From Mobula hypostoma (Eukaryota), in the NCBI RefSeq assembly GCF_963921235.1, contig NC_086097.1, positions 13,640,001 to 13,704,000 on the forward strand: a stretch of 64,000 nt of DNA, in the 5' to 3' direction. Under the pieces are notes generated by a model. The model did no database searches. It was not told the DNA's origin and saw only the letters and a list, made by a program, of their open reading frames with translations. Position 1 is the first letter of the stretch; every line of letters begins with the position of its first letter. Position numbers and translations under genes: made by a program. This document shows positions 23,311-37,415 of the stretch, piece by piece.

Positions 23311-24614
23311 CCTCTGATATCTTTTACAGGTAGCCAAAGTGTGTTTTGAGAAATCCCGTGCATCCTGTTGAAATTGGTACCCACTTTATTTGTTCAAAGT
23401 GATTAGTCTCAATCTGGTATTTGAAATGGAACAAAATAATTAGAATTAAATTCTGCAAAGCAGTGTGAAGGTTGCTTTTGCATTTGGGAAATTAAAAGAT
23501 ACTTAAAACTTCCAAACATCCTGCCCTTCTTGACAACAAGTAGACGAAGCTGGAAGCAAATATTGTAAGAGAACATTGTGTATCAGACAGTTGGGACATA
23601 CATTTATACCTGAGATTCCCAGCACAGCAGGTTTCTGATTGCATTAGGGCCATTGGAAAGTGGAAAGGGAATGAGCATCGCAGGGGGCGATGACCTCAGG
23701 CAAGACCTCAGCATGCCACAGATGCAGCCATTCAAGAAATGTTGATTATTCCCTGCTTCATAAAAATTACAAGATTTTATTATTATAGAATTTTAATATT
23801 GAAGAGACTAAGAGAAAATGGAATAAGCAGCATAAAAAGGCAACATTTCTATAATTTACAGAACAAATAAAGTAGCCAGAAGTGCAGCATTATTCCTTCT
23901 ACTGATGCAATTGGTATTTTCATTGCCCTCAACGTTAAAAATGATCACATGCACAGATGACATACCATAGATCTGTCACAGCAAAAGTCTGCAATTATCA
24001 TTAATTGTTTCCATCCATGTGCTAATGTCCATCAGATGTTAATGTGTGTGGAGTTTTAAAGGAATGCAATTTTTAACCCTTAGCTGACACTCTTCATAGG
24101 TGGTCATTGCCAAGTGAATATTGGATGTTCTATCGGTAATATTATCGAGCAGTCCCTTTAATCTGCTGCCCCTTCCTCTTACCGTGACCCTCCACCAAGT
24201 TCATAGCTCCTTCCACAGGCGTACTTATAGTATTAGTTTAGTCAGAGAATGATAATAAGAGGCAAGCTATTTCATGATGATGGTGCAGAGGCACCAATCA
24301 GAATGACTCGAAGGACTGGGACATGAACACTACCTTTGTGTTGCTGATAATCCATGAGAAATTCTATTAACTCTGTCTCTGAAGAGTGATGCTCTGCAGG
24401 TCACAATTTTTTACCTCTCAGGTTTCCCTATTCTTTACGCATCTCCTGGGTGTTCCCAACACTTCTACAAAAGAAAATCCAACTGAGCCTAATGCTGAAT
24501 TTCTGACTCTGAGATGGTGATCTAAGTTCCGGGAAGTCTTACATATATTCAAGATCTATCCAGGCCCATAATATCGAAGCAGTTACAAAGCTGGTACAAC
24601 CTGGCTGTACTTCA

Positions 24615-25131
24615 TTAGGATTTTGAGGAGATTTAGTATGTCACCAAAGACACTCGCTAAATTTTACAGATATACTGTACTATGGATAGCATTCGAACCG
24701 GCCGCATCACCGTCTGATAAAGAAAGGCCACTGCACAGCATCGGAAAAAGCTGCAGTAAGTTGTAAATGCAGCCAGCTCCATCATGGGCACTAGCTTCCC
24801 CATCACCTAGAACATGCCCTCTTCTCATTGCTGCCATCAGGGAGGAGATACAGGAGCCTAAAGGCACACACTCAAAGATTCAGGAACAGCTTCTCCCCAT
24901 CCGCCATCAGATATCTGAATGGACATTGAACCCATGAACACTACCTAACTACTTCTTTATTTCTGTTTTTGCACAAATTATTTCATTTAACTTTTATATT
25001 ATATATACTTCACTGTTTCAATTTATTGTGTTTTTATTATTATGTATTACATTGTACTGCTGCTGCAAAATGACAAATTTCACGGAATGTACTGGTGATA
25101 TTAAACCTGACCGGGATTCTGATTCTGATTC
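24615..25131 (+). mobile_element. Rex1/Babar LINE 3' fragment
   Basis: AAATTTTACAGATATACTG...CTGCCATCAGGGAGGAGATACAGGAGCC...(TCTGAT)n tail. Confidence 0.8.
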
Positions 25132-26721
25132 AAGATTGTTTAATGTTATTTCCAGTACACAAGCGTAAAGGAGAATAAACTAATTGTTAATTGATGAAGA
25201 TCCAAAGAACATTTATTATCAAAGAATGTATAAATTATACAACCATGAGATTTGTTTGATTACAGACGGCGGCAAAGCAAGAAACCCGAAAGAACCCAAT
25301 TATAAAAATAAAATGACCAGCCCCCGAGTGCACAGAAAAAGAGGAAAAAAAACACATATCATGCAAGCAATAGAAGCGAGCAACAACAATAGCATTCCAA
25401 ACCAAACTGAGTCCTTAGATCCAAATCCCTGGAGCAGCCTGGAGTAGGCCCAAAACCTCGGTATTCAGTTCATCATATTAGCGGGGCAAATCGCCACAAA
25501 GTTCACAGACATGAACACAGCAGCCGGGGCTGTCTCACAGCTTTAGCGGCACGAAGAGAGGGGTCCCCTATCTATCTGGGCCTGCGTTTTAATTATGTTG
25601 GCACCTACAATAAAACATAAGGATGAGTGTCAGCTATTGGTTGTCGTTTGCTTGGTGTCAGCTGGGAAAGGGTGAGTACAATGTGATGGCCAATGCTGGG
25701 TATCAAAGGGAAGTTATTTCATGATGACAGTGCAAAGATCAATTTACTGAAGGAATAACCCACAGATCCATGTTCAAATTCCAAGGTGACAGCTGTGGAA
25801 TTTAATTTCTATTTATTGTGGAATTTTAGAATAATTACTATGGAACTTTTGTTTTTACGAGTGTAAAAAGTAATCAGGCTCACTAGCAGCCTTGAAGGGA
25901 GGAGATCTGCTATTCTTGCCTGATTTGTATGTGCTCGCAGGCCAAAGTCAGTTATTGTAGTGTTCCCTTCCATGCCTTGTGGCACGTTGAGAGGCAACCT
26001 TGCTGTTTCTTTAGCATTTGTTTTTTCGCAAGGCTCGACGCTCAACCCAGCACGGATGGAAAGTGTGCGAGGAGCTGGAACCATTCACCTTGAAGTCCGG
26101 TCTTGACCCATCGGCCAGCCAACTCCAGTGTGATTGATTCTTTATTTGGAGACACAGCACAGTAACAGGCATTTCTGGCCCAATAATCCTATGCTGCCCA
26201 ATTACACCAACTAACCAACTAACCTATGCGTCTTTGGAATGTGGGAGGAAACTGGAGCAACCAGAGGAAACCCACAGGGTAATTGAGAGAGCATACAAAC
26301 TCCTTGCAGACAGCTGCAAGAATTGAACCCTGGTCACTGGCACAGTGAAGGAAAGAACTAGGAAATACACTACAATGCCGTCCCCATTGGTCATGCCCCG
26401 TTTTAGTTAATCGCTAGAGAGAGATAGCGATGAAGCTAATCCCATTTGACTACACTTGGATCATGGTCTTCACAACCTCTCCCATTCATGCACCTGTCCA
26501 AATATCTTTTCTAGATATTTCTCAAAGGACAATGAATCATTTGATCTGAAGTTTGCCAAGTATCACTGGATATCTGAATGATTTCTTGGTTTCCATAATG
26601 TCAAAACAGAAATTCACAGAAAATCTTCACTATGTACTATGATGACTATAGCTGAGCAGTCAAATGAAGTTTGTCGGACGACATAGAGCCAAAGTGATCG
26701 TGATATACTAGAGACACAATC

Positions 26722-28730
26722 TATAGAACCATAGAACACTACAGTACAGAAAACAGGACATTCAGCCCTTCTAATCTGTGCTGAAATATTACTCCACTAG
26801 TCCCATTGACCTGCATCCAGTCCATAATCCTCCAGACCTCTCCCATTCATGTACCTATCCAATTTATTCTTAAAACTTAAGAGTGAGCCTGCATTTACCA
26901 CGTCAGATGGCAGCTCGTTCCACACTCCCACCACTCTCTGAGTGAAGAAGTTCCCCCTAATGTTCCCCTAAACCTTTCCCCTTTCACCCTAAAGCCATGT
27001 CCTCTTGTATTTATCTCTCCTAATCTAAGTGGAAAGAGCCTATTCACATTTACTCTTCTATACCCCTCATAATTTTGTAAACCTCTATCAAATCTCCCCT
27101 CATTCTTCTACGCTCCAAGGGATAAAGTCCTAACATGTTCAATCTTTCCCTGTAACTCAACTGCTGAAGACCCAGCAACATCCTAGTAAATCTTCTCTGC
27201 ACTCTTTCAATCTTACTGATATCCTTCCTATAGCTAGGTGACCAGAACTGTACATGTAACGTTCCGTTATATTGGCTCGTGTATGTCTAGGGGAAATCCA
27301 GCCCAGCACCCACCTCAACACTCCCCACAGGGTCGGTGGCCGCCCGAATCAATCACAACATCAATCATCAGCCAGCACACCCAGTAAATTTTAACAAATA
27401 CACTTTATAGATATTACTAATTCTATGACATTAATATACATTTGATACAGAGAGGAAAGTAATGAAAAAAAAGGCGCCAACACTTATCAAAGTCCAAGTT
27501 CTTCGCGCGCTACGTTGGAGCTCAATTCGACTTCAGACGACCACCCGAATTCCGTCGACTCACGGCTCGGGACCACCCTGAGTGATCGACCGGAGCCTCT
27601 CCACACGTCCGCGGTCTTCCTCGTCTCTCCTCCGACTCCCCGCCAAAACTCAGTCCACAGTCATATCATACAGCATGGTATCCGAAAGCAAAACGATACA
27701 TAACCACCCATTGGCTAATAGAACCCTGTTATCTCATTTTAAAGTAAAACAAACTGTTAGCGCAAACTCTCTTCAGCGTTAAAGCACAACAAAGCCGCAT
27801 TCCCCAGATTAACATAACAAAGTCGCCATTTTAAATGTAACAAAAGAAAGACCCCGTACATACACAATACTCCAAATTTGGCCTCGCTAATGTCTTATAC
27901 AACCTCCCCATAACATCCCAATTCCTATACTTAATACTTTGATTTATGAATGTCAGGATGCCAAAAGTCTTCTTTATAACCCTGTCTACCTGTGACGCCA
28001 CTTTCAGAGAATTATGTATCTGAACTCCCAGATCCCTTTGTTCCTCTGCACTCCTCAGTGCCCTACCATTTACTGTGTATGTCCTACCTTGATTTGCACA
28101 ATGCAACACCTCACACTTGTCAACATTAAATTCCATCTGCCATTTTCCGGCCCATTTTTCCAGTTGGTCCAGATCTCTCTGCAAGCTTTGAAAGCCTTCC
28201 TCGCTGTCCACAACGCCTCCAATCGTAGTGACATCAGCAAACTTGCTGATCCAATTTACCACATCTGGATCATTGATATAGATAACAAACAACAATGGTC
28301 CCAGCACAGATCCTTGAGGCACACCACTAGTCACAAGACTCCAGTCTGATAAGCAATCATCCACTACCACTTTCTGTCTTCTCCCACACAGCCAATTTCA
28401 AATCCAGTTTACAACCTCTCCATGGTTACCTAGTGCCTGAACCTTCTGAACTAACCTCCCATGTGGGACCTTGTCAAAGGCCTTACTGAAGTCCATGTAG
28501 ACAACATCCACAGCCTTTCCTTCATCTACTTTCTTGGTAACCTCCTCAAAAAACTCTACCAGATTCGTTAAACATGATCTACCATGCACAAAGCCATGCT
28601 GACTATCCTTAATCAGCCCTTGGCTGTCCAAATACTTGTATATCCAATCTCTCAGAACAATTTCCAATAATTTACCTACTACTGATTTCAGGTTCACCAG
28701 CCTGTAATTACCTGGTTTACTTTTGGAGCC
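26722..28730 (-). mobile_element. 5'-truncated CR1 LINE (RT to 3' end), interrupted by a solo LTR
   Basis: ORFs 28398-28796 (PGNYRLVNL...SQHGF...SCLTNL...DFSKAFDKVPH) and 27831-28370 (SGVPQGSVLGPLLF...KFAD...WQMEFN) are CR1 RT. (TTCTATG)-type tail at 26722-26737. Confidence 0.95.
27255..27860. mobile_element. Solo LTR (606 bp)
   Basis: TGTAACG...CGTACA termini with 4-bp TSD TACA (27251-27254/27861-27864). Removal restores CR1 AACTGTACACAATACTCC. CpG-rich interior. Confidence 0.9.
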
Positions 28731-29774
28731 TATATATGTAGAGAATTCTCTATATGTAGAGAATGTAACTCTCTGTATGTAGAGAATTAGTTTCAAACAA
28801 TGTTTCTAACCCTCAAATCGGAAATGATCTTGCCTAACCTGGAGTTACCCAAGACGGATGATGGGAGCAACTCCATTTGTGACGACTTTGCTGAATTTTG
28901 CAGAAGGAATTTCTCAAGAGTGTGTGCACAGCTCCATATCATCGGATCGCAAATGGATAGGCAGAATAGTTGGCTTAGGCTGTGAATGGTGGACCGAAAG
29001 AGAGGATACGAGGAGAAACTGAGACAAAGTTGTAGTTTGCTTGTTTCACAGTCAGAGTGCACTGGTCTTAGTCCACAAAGCGCACACCTGCTGAGTTACT
29101 GATGGGGAAAATGATTCAGAATCCCCTTCGATTTTGTGGACATACAACTCTTCGTTTAAAGATCAAAGTTCAATGTAAACATATATCGGTAATACACCAC
29201 TAAGCTGGGTGCCAACCACCGTAAAACAAGACGAAGAAGAATATGTTGTCAAAGTACACATATGTCACCATGTTAAACCCTGAGATTCATTTTCTTCTGG
29301 GTACACGTATTGAAAATCTATAGAAAAATAACCATGACATTCATGGACCTCTGGTTTTCTTCTCCTGAAGTCAATAACTAGCACCTTGGTCTTGCTGACA
29401 TTGAGTTAGGGGTTGTTGTTATGGCACCACTCAGAAAGATTTTCAATCTCCCTCCAAAATGCTGATTCATCATCACCTTTGATTTGGCCAAAAACAGAAA
29501 ACAAATGAACCTGAAGGAAAGACATCACCCTAAAGATCATGAGCACCATATTGAAGCAGTTGGACTTGTACTGCACTTGACCGAAGGGACACATGGGAAA
29601 TCTTGTTATTGGGCAGCATGATTGATTATGCTGTGCCTATCTTGTCTGTGATTTACCTGGATGCTAGACATGTGTTCAAATATCATCAAAATCACCTGTG
29701 ACCTTTGGCAGATGCTGGGATCTGCAGCAGCAACCAGTTACCTGGAGAAACTCTGTTGTTGAGTAGCTTCTTTT

Positions 29775-30712
29775 AGTCATAGGGTCTTAGAAAACTACAG
29801 CACAGAAATAGGCCCCTTGGCCCTTCCAGTTCTTGCCAAACCAGTTAAACTGCCTAGTCCCATTGATCTGCACTAGGACCATAGTCCTCCATACCCATCC
29901 CATCCATATACCTATCCAAACTTCCACTGGTTTTCTACACTCTTACCACCCTCTGAGTGAAGAAATTTCCTCTCATTTTCCCATTAAATATTTCACCTTT
30001 CATCTTTAACCCACAACTCTAGTAGTGGTCTCACCCAGCCTCAGTGGAAAAAGCTTGATTTATCCTATCTATACCCCAAATATTTTATATACCTCTAATC
30101 CCTAGAATGTGTTGGTGCATGGCCAAGTGGTTATGATGTTCATCTAGTGATCTGAAGGTCGCTAGTTCGAGCCTTGGCTGAGGCAGCGTCTTGTGTCCTT
30201 GAGCAAGGCACTTAACCACATATTGCTCGGCAACGACATCAGTGCCAAGCTGTATGGATCCTAATGCCCTTCCCTTGGGCAACATCGGTGGCGTGGAGAG
30301 GGGAGACTTGCAGTATGGGCAACTGCTGGTCTTCCATACAACATTGCCCAGGCCTGTGCCCTGGAAACCTTCCAAGGCGCAAATCCATGGTCTCATGAGA
30401 CTAACGGATGCCTATAAAAAAAAAATCCCTAGAATGTAGAAGATTGAGGAAAGATGGATAAAGTTCTAACCTATTAAATCTTTCCTTATAACTCAGGTCC
30501 TCCAGTCCTGGCAACATCCTTGTAAATGTTCACTGTACTCTTCCAATCATATTTACATCTTTTCTGCAGGTAGGTGGCCAAAACTACACACTATCCTCCA
30601 AATTAGGCCTCACTAATATCTTATACAACTTCGGCAAAACACCCCAACTCCTGTACTCAGTAATTTGACCTATGAAGGCCAATGTGCCAAAAGCTTTCTT
30701 AACGACCCTATC
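29775..30712 (-). mobile_element. CR1 LINE 3' fragment, interrupted by a SINE
   Basis: Homologous to 26722-27254 and 27861-27990. Confidence 0.85.
30111..30423 (+). mobile_element. tRNA-derived SINE, full length
   Basis: A box TGGCCAAGTGG, B box GTTCGAGCC, A tail. 14-bp TSD AATCCCTAGAATGT (30097-30110/30424-30437). Confidence 0.92.
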
Positions 30713-32687
30713 TTGGGAGGAAAGGAATTGCCAAAGCTTCCAGTCTAGTCCTAATGCAGGGTTTTGACTTGAAATATTGGAAATTCTTCTCCCTCAAACA
30801 GATGCTGCTTGGCCCATGAGTTCCTCCAGCTGATTGTTTGTTGTATGACATTGTGCACCTTGTCCATGCCCTCAGCCAAATGAGTATGTGTTGCAAATAG
30901 AGGTTTCCTCACCTACTACTGTCACCTGGTTTGGCCAAAACCAAAAAGATCTTTATCAATTTATATATACTAATACTGTAAGCTGAAAAATAGGTGGCTA
31001 TCTTCCTCATTAGCATGGTGGTGTCATTAGCAAGGAAAATGTGTTGTAACATTTCTACATATTCCATCCATGATACAAGTGTGAGATTAGCTTTGTACAT
31101 TGAAACATCAAAACATAGAGTGAAATGCATCATTTGTATCAACAACCAGCCCAGTCTGAGGATATGCTGGGGGCAGCCCACAAGTGTTGCCATGGAGAAA
31201 ACTTACTAACCCCGAAATCTTTGGAAAGTGGGAGGAAGCCAGATCACCTTGAGGAAACCCACGCAGTCACTGGGAGAATGGGCATCTGCATTGGTTCCCT
31301 AATAATTGAATTCCTATTAAATTATTCCTTTTGTAAAAGTGTACTATTAAAAGAAAGTAGGGTACTAATTGTGTTCATCTTGACTTGACAGGACCACACT
31401 AATTCAAGAGATTAATTCAATGGAATTCAACACGGTTTCAGTAAAACTATATTGCTATAAATCTCTATGCAAAACTTTGAAGAGTAAAGCTACAATTACT
31501 TTTGAAAATATCCTTGTGTCCCGATACTGTAATGGCGTCATTCAATGGATAATGATATCAGGTAGAAATGACTAAAAGTTCAAAGTTCAAAGTAAATTTT
31601 ATTATCAAAGTACACATGTTACCACATATAACCCTGAGATTTATTTTCTTGTGGGAACACTAACAAATCTATGGCATAGTAATTGTAACAGAATCAATGG
31701 AAGACGGCCCAACGAGGATGTTCAACCAGAGTGCAGAAGACAACAAATTGTGCAAATGCAAAGGTAAGTGAATAGCAATGAAGTTCAGTACGTTGGTTGT
31801 GGGAATAGTTCAGGGATGGAGCAAGTGAAATTGAGTGAAGTTATCCCCTTTGGTTTCAGAGCCTGATGGTTCAGGCAAGTGAATCATCATTGTGACCATG
31901 TCAGGATAAGGAGCAGCCTACGTTATGTTCCCCATCATGAACTAAACAATAGAATTAAAGAATTGTTTATTCATATGGTCCTATGACCTAAAATAATGAC
32001 AACAGGAAGACAGGACTGAATATGGAGCCTCAGGAAACATGCTCACCACAGAGCTTCAGTTAAGATATTCCTTTTTTTTTCTTATCCTTTTGGAATTAAT
32101 GTTCAATAACTTGAATTACTTGGGGATTTATTGCAACATATGCTTCTTCTGAATAGGCATGTTGTGAAACTTACCTCCAATCTTCCTAGATCATATTCCC
32201 CAAGGCAATCAATACTACCAGAATATCAAACTTTAGCCTTTATGACTTAAGTTGTTGCTTTCCATGTTGGCTTGAGGCATAGAGATTAAATTTAAATCTA
32301 TATTCCCACACATATTTTATCAAATTGTTGATATTATCAGGTGTTGATAGTTTGGCTCATGGCTTATCTAGCAATGAAGCCAAAAACTGAAAAAAAAAAG
32401 AGAAATGCTGGAAATACACAGTAGGTCAGGTAGCATCCATGGAGAGAGAAAAAGAGTTTCTGTTAAAAGTCCATAACCTTCAGTGGGACCAATGAACCAA
32501 AAAGCAGATTTTCTAAATTGTCCTGATGTGTAAAATTTAAGTAGCTAATGAGAAAGAATTAAATTGCTCAACAGAGGCAGATGCAGAAAGTGAATGAGAA
32601 GTCAAATAAAAATAATAACACTCAATAGAATCATAGATTCAATGCTGAGGATTATTAGTATAATAATGGAAACAGAAATATTGAAAA

Positions 32688-33415
32688 CAAGACCTTAAGA
32701 CCATAAAATATAGGAGCATAATTAGGCCCTTTGACCCTTTGAATCTCCTCCACCACTTCATCATTCCTCTCAACCTCAATCTCCTGCCTTCTCCCTGTAT
32801 CCCTTCATGCCCTGACCGATCAAGAATCTATCAACCCCTGCTTTAAATATACATACAGACTTGGCCTCCACAGCTCCCTGTGGCAAAGAATTCCATAGGT
32901 TCACCAGTCTCTGGATAAAAAAAAAACCTCTTCACTTCCGTTCTAAATGGACGCCCCCTCTATTATGAGGCTGTGTCCTCTGTTCTTAGACCCTCCCATC
33001 ATAGGAAACATCCTCTCTATATCCACTCTAACAAGGACATTCACCATTTGATCGGTTTCCACTAGGTCACCACTTATTCTTCTAAATTCCAGTGAATACG
33101 GGCCCAGAGCCATCAAATGCTCTTCATATGACAAGCCATTTAATCCTAGAATCATTTTCATGTGCCTCCTTTGAACCCTCTCCAATTTCTGCACATCCTT
33201 TCTAAGATAAGGGACCCAAACCTATTCACAGTACTCAAAGTGAGGCCTCATCAGTGCTTTATTAAGTCTTAACATTACATCCTCGCTTCTATTCCAGCCC
33301 TCTTGAAATGAATGTTAACATTGAATTTTCCTTCCTCACCACAGACTCAACCTGCAAATTAACCCTTAGGGAATCTTGCATGAGGACTCCCAAGTGCCTT
33401 TGCACCACAGTTTTT
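32688..33415 (-). mobile_element. CR1 LINE 3' fragment
   Basis: ORF 32943-33194 LERVQRR...GLSYEE...YSLEFRRISGDL. Confidence 0.9.
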
Positions 33416-34179
33416 CTAAGGGAGAGGAGAGAAATAATGTATTAAATTATTTTTAAATAGCGCAAGGAAAGGACAGCATGATTAGGGTGAATATGTAGAA
33501 GGTTCACAGAACCAGAACAGGTGGACTCCATGGAATATCCTCCAATATTACAATAAAATGTGGGGGGCAGGAGGGATAGAATAAATAAGGAATGTGCAAG
33601 AAAACAGCCTGGAAATGGAGAAGCACATATGTTGGCACAAGGATCGAGGACACCACGGAATTTTCCCCAACAACCCTGCAATTTGGGTGGCCATGGCTTT
33701 CTTTGAAATAATCATTACTACAGTTCTAAAGCTTCAGTTGTTATGGGTGGCCATTTTGAAAGCAGAAAACCACAAAATTCTTCGGCTCTCTGGAGTTTGC
33801 TGTTTTCCAGCCCATAGTCATCTCTCAGCAGGGAGCCTTGTTAATTCATCGAAGTCCTCGTAGATCTGAGCAGCTGCAACAATGTGAAAACATTACATAT
33901 TCACTCATTCCTGCAGAACTCATGAATAATGTCTGCTTTAAAATAATGATTTTATTTTTACTTTAGCAGTGTAGCAACTACAGTGGGAGCTTTCAGTCCT
34001 CCGTAATAAGGCCTGATATAACAATTCCTAACATAGTCCAACTCTGGCTGTAAACATTGTTTTCCCATAATAATGGGGAGGATGTGGCTGGACCTGTAGT
34101 TGGAAGGGTTGTGGGTGAGAGTTGTTGGTGGGGCCATGATGGAATCCCTAGCAGCATATAATCAGTGGGTTGTATGAAT

Positions 34180-34500
34180 CATCATTATCCACATTATGTC
34201 GTATCATGTGGGCGATCATGGTCTTTCCATCACCATGATTGTTCTTGGCAAATTTTTCTACAGCCGTTATCAATACTCTTCAGAGATTGTCTACCTGGTG
34301 TCAGTGGTCGCATAAGCAGGACCTGAGATATACATCAGCTGCTCGTAAGACCACCACCACCACTTACTCCCGTGGCTTCACGTGCTGCTGATTGGAGGAT
34401 AAGCAGGTGCTACACCTTGTCCAAGGGTGACCTGCAGGCTAGCGGAGGAAAGGAGCATCTCACACCTCCTTCAGTTGTGACGTATCTCCACCCCACCACC
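34180..34500 (-). mobile_element. RTE-tail SINE, near full length
   Basis: Homologous to 60825-61205. Confidence 0.75.
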
Positions 34501-34854
34501 CACATTGTATGAAATGACATTAATTAGAAAACTATAATACAGGATCTACTGTACCAACTATCCTTGCATAAGGTCCCGTCAAACTCCAAAGGTAAAAACT
34601 GCAGGCCATTCTGGGAAGAAATATGTAAGTGTTCAATCGGTTCTGTTTTAAAACCAGCTGTTTATACTTTGAACTTAGAGGCATATTTTGCCACTTCTTA
34701 TGTAAGGAAGATGAACACATCTTCTCCCTGTCCACACCTCAATGACCATTACCATCATAGAATCTCTGATGGCCACACACTTGCACCTGTCTCTGACTAG
34801 ATTTCAGTCTAACCTCTACCATGATTATTTGCAAATCTGGTGCTCTAGAGTTGA

Positions 34855-35714
34855 GTCCTCAGACCCCTACTCTGTACCCTGTGTACTCATGACTGAATGG
34901 GCAGATTCTAATTCCATCTGCAAGTTTTCAGGTGATACCACCGCAGTGTGCCATATCCCAAATAACAATGAGTCTAAAGGAGTTAGAGAGCTTAGTGATA
35001 TAGTGTCATGAGAACCACCTTTCCTTCATGAACAAAAGAGCTTGTCAGGGTTGAAAGCTTCAAGTTCCTAGATGTGAACATCACCTGTCCTGGTACTACT
35101 ACATTGATGCCATCATCAAGAAAGTGCATCAATACCTCTATGTCCTCAGTAGCTAAAGAAATTTTGTTTGTCCCTGTGGACCATCACCAATTTTTAACAA
35201 GAGAAAGCATTCCGTCTGTTCTTTATGTGACCACAAGAAACTGCAGAGAGCTGTGGACACAGTTCCTCATATCACAGGAACCAGCCTCCCTTCCATTGGC
35301 TATATCTATACTTCTCGCTGCCTCAGTAGTGCAGGTAGCATAATCAAGCATCCCACCCACCCTAGACATTCTCTCCTTCCCCCACTCCCATCGGGCAGAA
35401 AATACAAAAGCTTGGAATCATGTACTATCAGGCTCAAGGACAGCTTTCATCCAAATGTTATCAGGCTCTTAAACGGGACTCTTGTACAATAAGATGGACT
35501 CTTGGCCTCACAATCGAACTGGTTATGATCTGAAACTTCATCATTTATCTGTACTGTACCTTTGTAGTAGCTAGTACATTTTATTCTGCCTTGTTATTGT
35601 TTCACCCTATTCTAATGCAATGCACTGTGTAATGATTTTATCTGTGCGAACAGTATGCAAGGCAACGTTTTCACTGTATCTTCGTACATGTGACAAAAAA
35701 AATCAATACCAATA
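34855..35714 (+). mobile_element. Rex1/Babar LINE fragment with internal deletions
   Basis: KFSGDTT (KFADDTT remnant) and SIIKHPTHPRHSLLPPLPSGRKYKSL...SFHPNVIRLLN. Confidence 0.85.
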
Positions 35715-36869
35715 TAAAACCAGACTGGGACATAGTCCAGGGCAAGAGTAGTAAAATCTCAGGAAATCTTCCTGTGTCCTTTACCAGGTTTGTCTTGAGT
35801 GCCCAGATCCAGTTTGGTCTCTAGGGCCAAGACAAAGGCTGATCCCAGTACCCAGGGGCGGAATGGTTCCTGTTGCCCAGACCCTGCCTGGTTCCAAGTG
35901 ACCAGGTATAAATTATTCCCTGTTATCCAGATCTGATTGGTTCCTGGCCCCCAGGTTCAAGAGTTAGGACCCAGGCCTAGTATTGGGCAGGACCTAGGGT
36001 GGTATCAGACGGACCCCAAGCAATGACAGACAGCAAGCAAGTCAATTTCATAGCTTAAACCTTCGCTGCAAGTTCCTTTGTATTTGGTCTGTCATCAGGT
36101 CAGACTGTGTGACACCATTACTAGTTATTCCTTTTTAAAATTAAAATTTATTTTATTTTATTTAGAGATACAGTGCAGAACAGACCCTCCCAGTCCACCA
36201 AGTTACACCTCCCTGCAACCTACCAAATTAACTCAAGCCTAATTACAGGACAATTTACAATGATAAATCAACCTACTAATCAGTACATCTTTGGACTGTG
36301 AGAGGAAACTTGAGCACCAGGAGGAAGCCCACATACACATGGGAAGAAAGTACAAATTTGCTTACGGAATTGAACTCCAGCCTCCACTGTCCCAATCTGT
36401 AATGGCATTGCACTAATCGTTATGTTACTGTGGCCCCACTCAAGACTTCCATCCGTGTCCTTCCCTCCCATTGCCAACTGATGGTTTTACAGGAAAATTG
36501 TCACCCCTACCAACACAATTCAAGATCGACAACTTTCCTACTAAGACTGATATTCCACTACAATGCAAGTCATTGAATACATCGAGGTTGATAAGCCCCC
36601 AGGGACAAATCAGTTTGCTAGGTTGCTATGGGAAGCAATGGAGGAGATAGCTGGAGGCTTGATGTAGAATTTGGCATCCTCATAAGCCACAGAACTCAAG
36701 GATATCCTTTTATCTGGAAATCACAACAGGGATAAATTTGATAGTGACAGGCCGGTGAGCTTTATACAAGTGGTAGAGAATTTATTAGAGAAAAGCCCAA
36801 GCATTCATGTACATTTTGAAGTGGAGAGACTGAGTATGACTTTGTGTGGTGGACCTCCCGACCCAGTAA

Positions 36870-37415
36870 TAAGAATCAGAATCAGGTTTAATATAACCAG
36901 CAGATGTTGTGAAATTTATTGTTTAGCGGCAGCAGTACATTGCAATACATAATAATACTGTGAATTACAATCAAAATATATAAATTAAATGAAATAGGTA
37001 GTGCAAAAAGAGAGCAAAAGAAACAAATATATATATAGTGAGGTAGTGTGTATGGGTTCATTATCCATTCAGTGGCAGAGTGGAAAAAGCTGCATTGACT
37101 GTGCGTCTTCAGGCTCTTGGACCCCCTCCTTGATGGGAGCAATGAGAAGAGGGGCTGTTCTAGGTGATGGGAATCCTTAATGATGGATGCTGCTTTCTGA
37201 GGCATCGTCTTTTGAATATATCCTGGATGCTGGGGAGGCTGGTGCCCACGATGGAGCTGACTGAGTTTGCAACTTCCTGCAGCTATTTCCGATCCTTTCT
37301 CCACCATACCAGCTGGTGATACAGCCAGTTAAAGTGCTCCCCATAGTACATCTGTAGAAATTTGTGAGTCTTCGGTGACATACCAAGTTGCCTCAAACTC
37401 CGAATGAAATATAGC
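36870..37415 (-). mobile_element. Rex1/Babar LINE 3' fragment inserted in a CR1 RT remnant (about 36580-36800 and 37416-37530, +)
   Basis: LTNFYRCTMGSTLTGCITSWYG and KAASIIKDSHH. (AGAATC)n tail. Confidence 0.85.

Noticed and set aside
28790..29062. Overlapping 61-aa and 89-aa ORFs in unique sequence
   Set aside because: No recognisable motif or clear splice boundaries.
33815..33873. Possible - strand terminal exon (AQIYEDFDELTRLPAER*) after a good acceptor
   Set aside because: Single acceptor-like site with no recognisable protein or partner exons.
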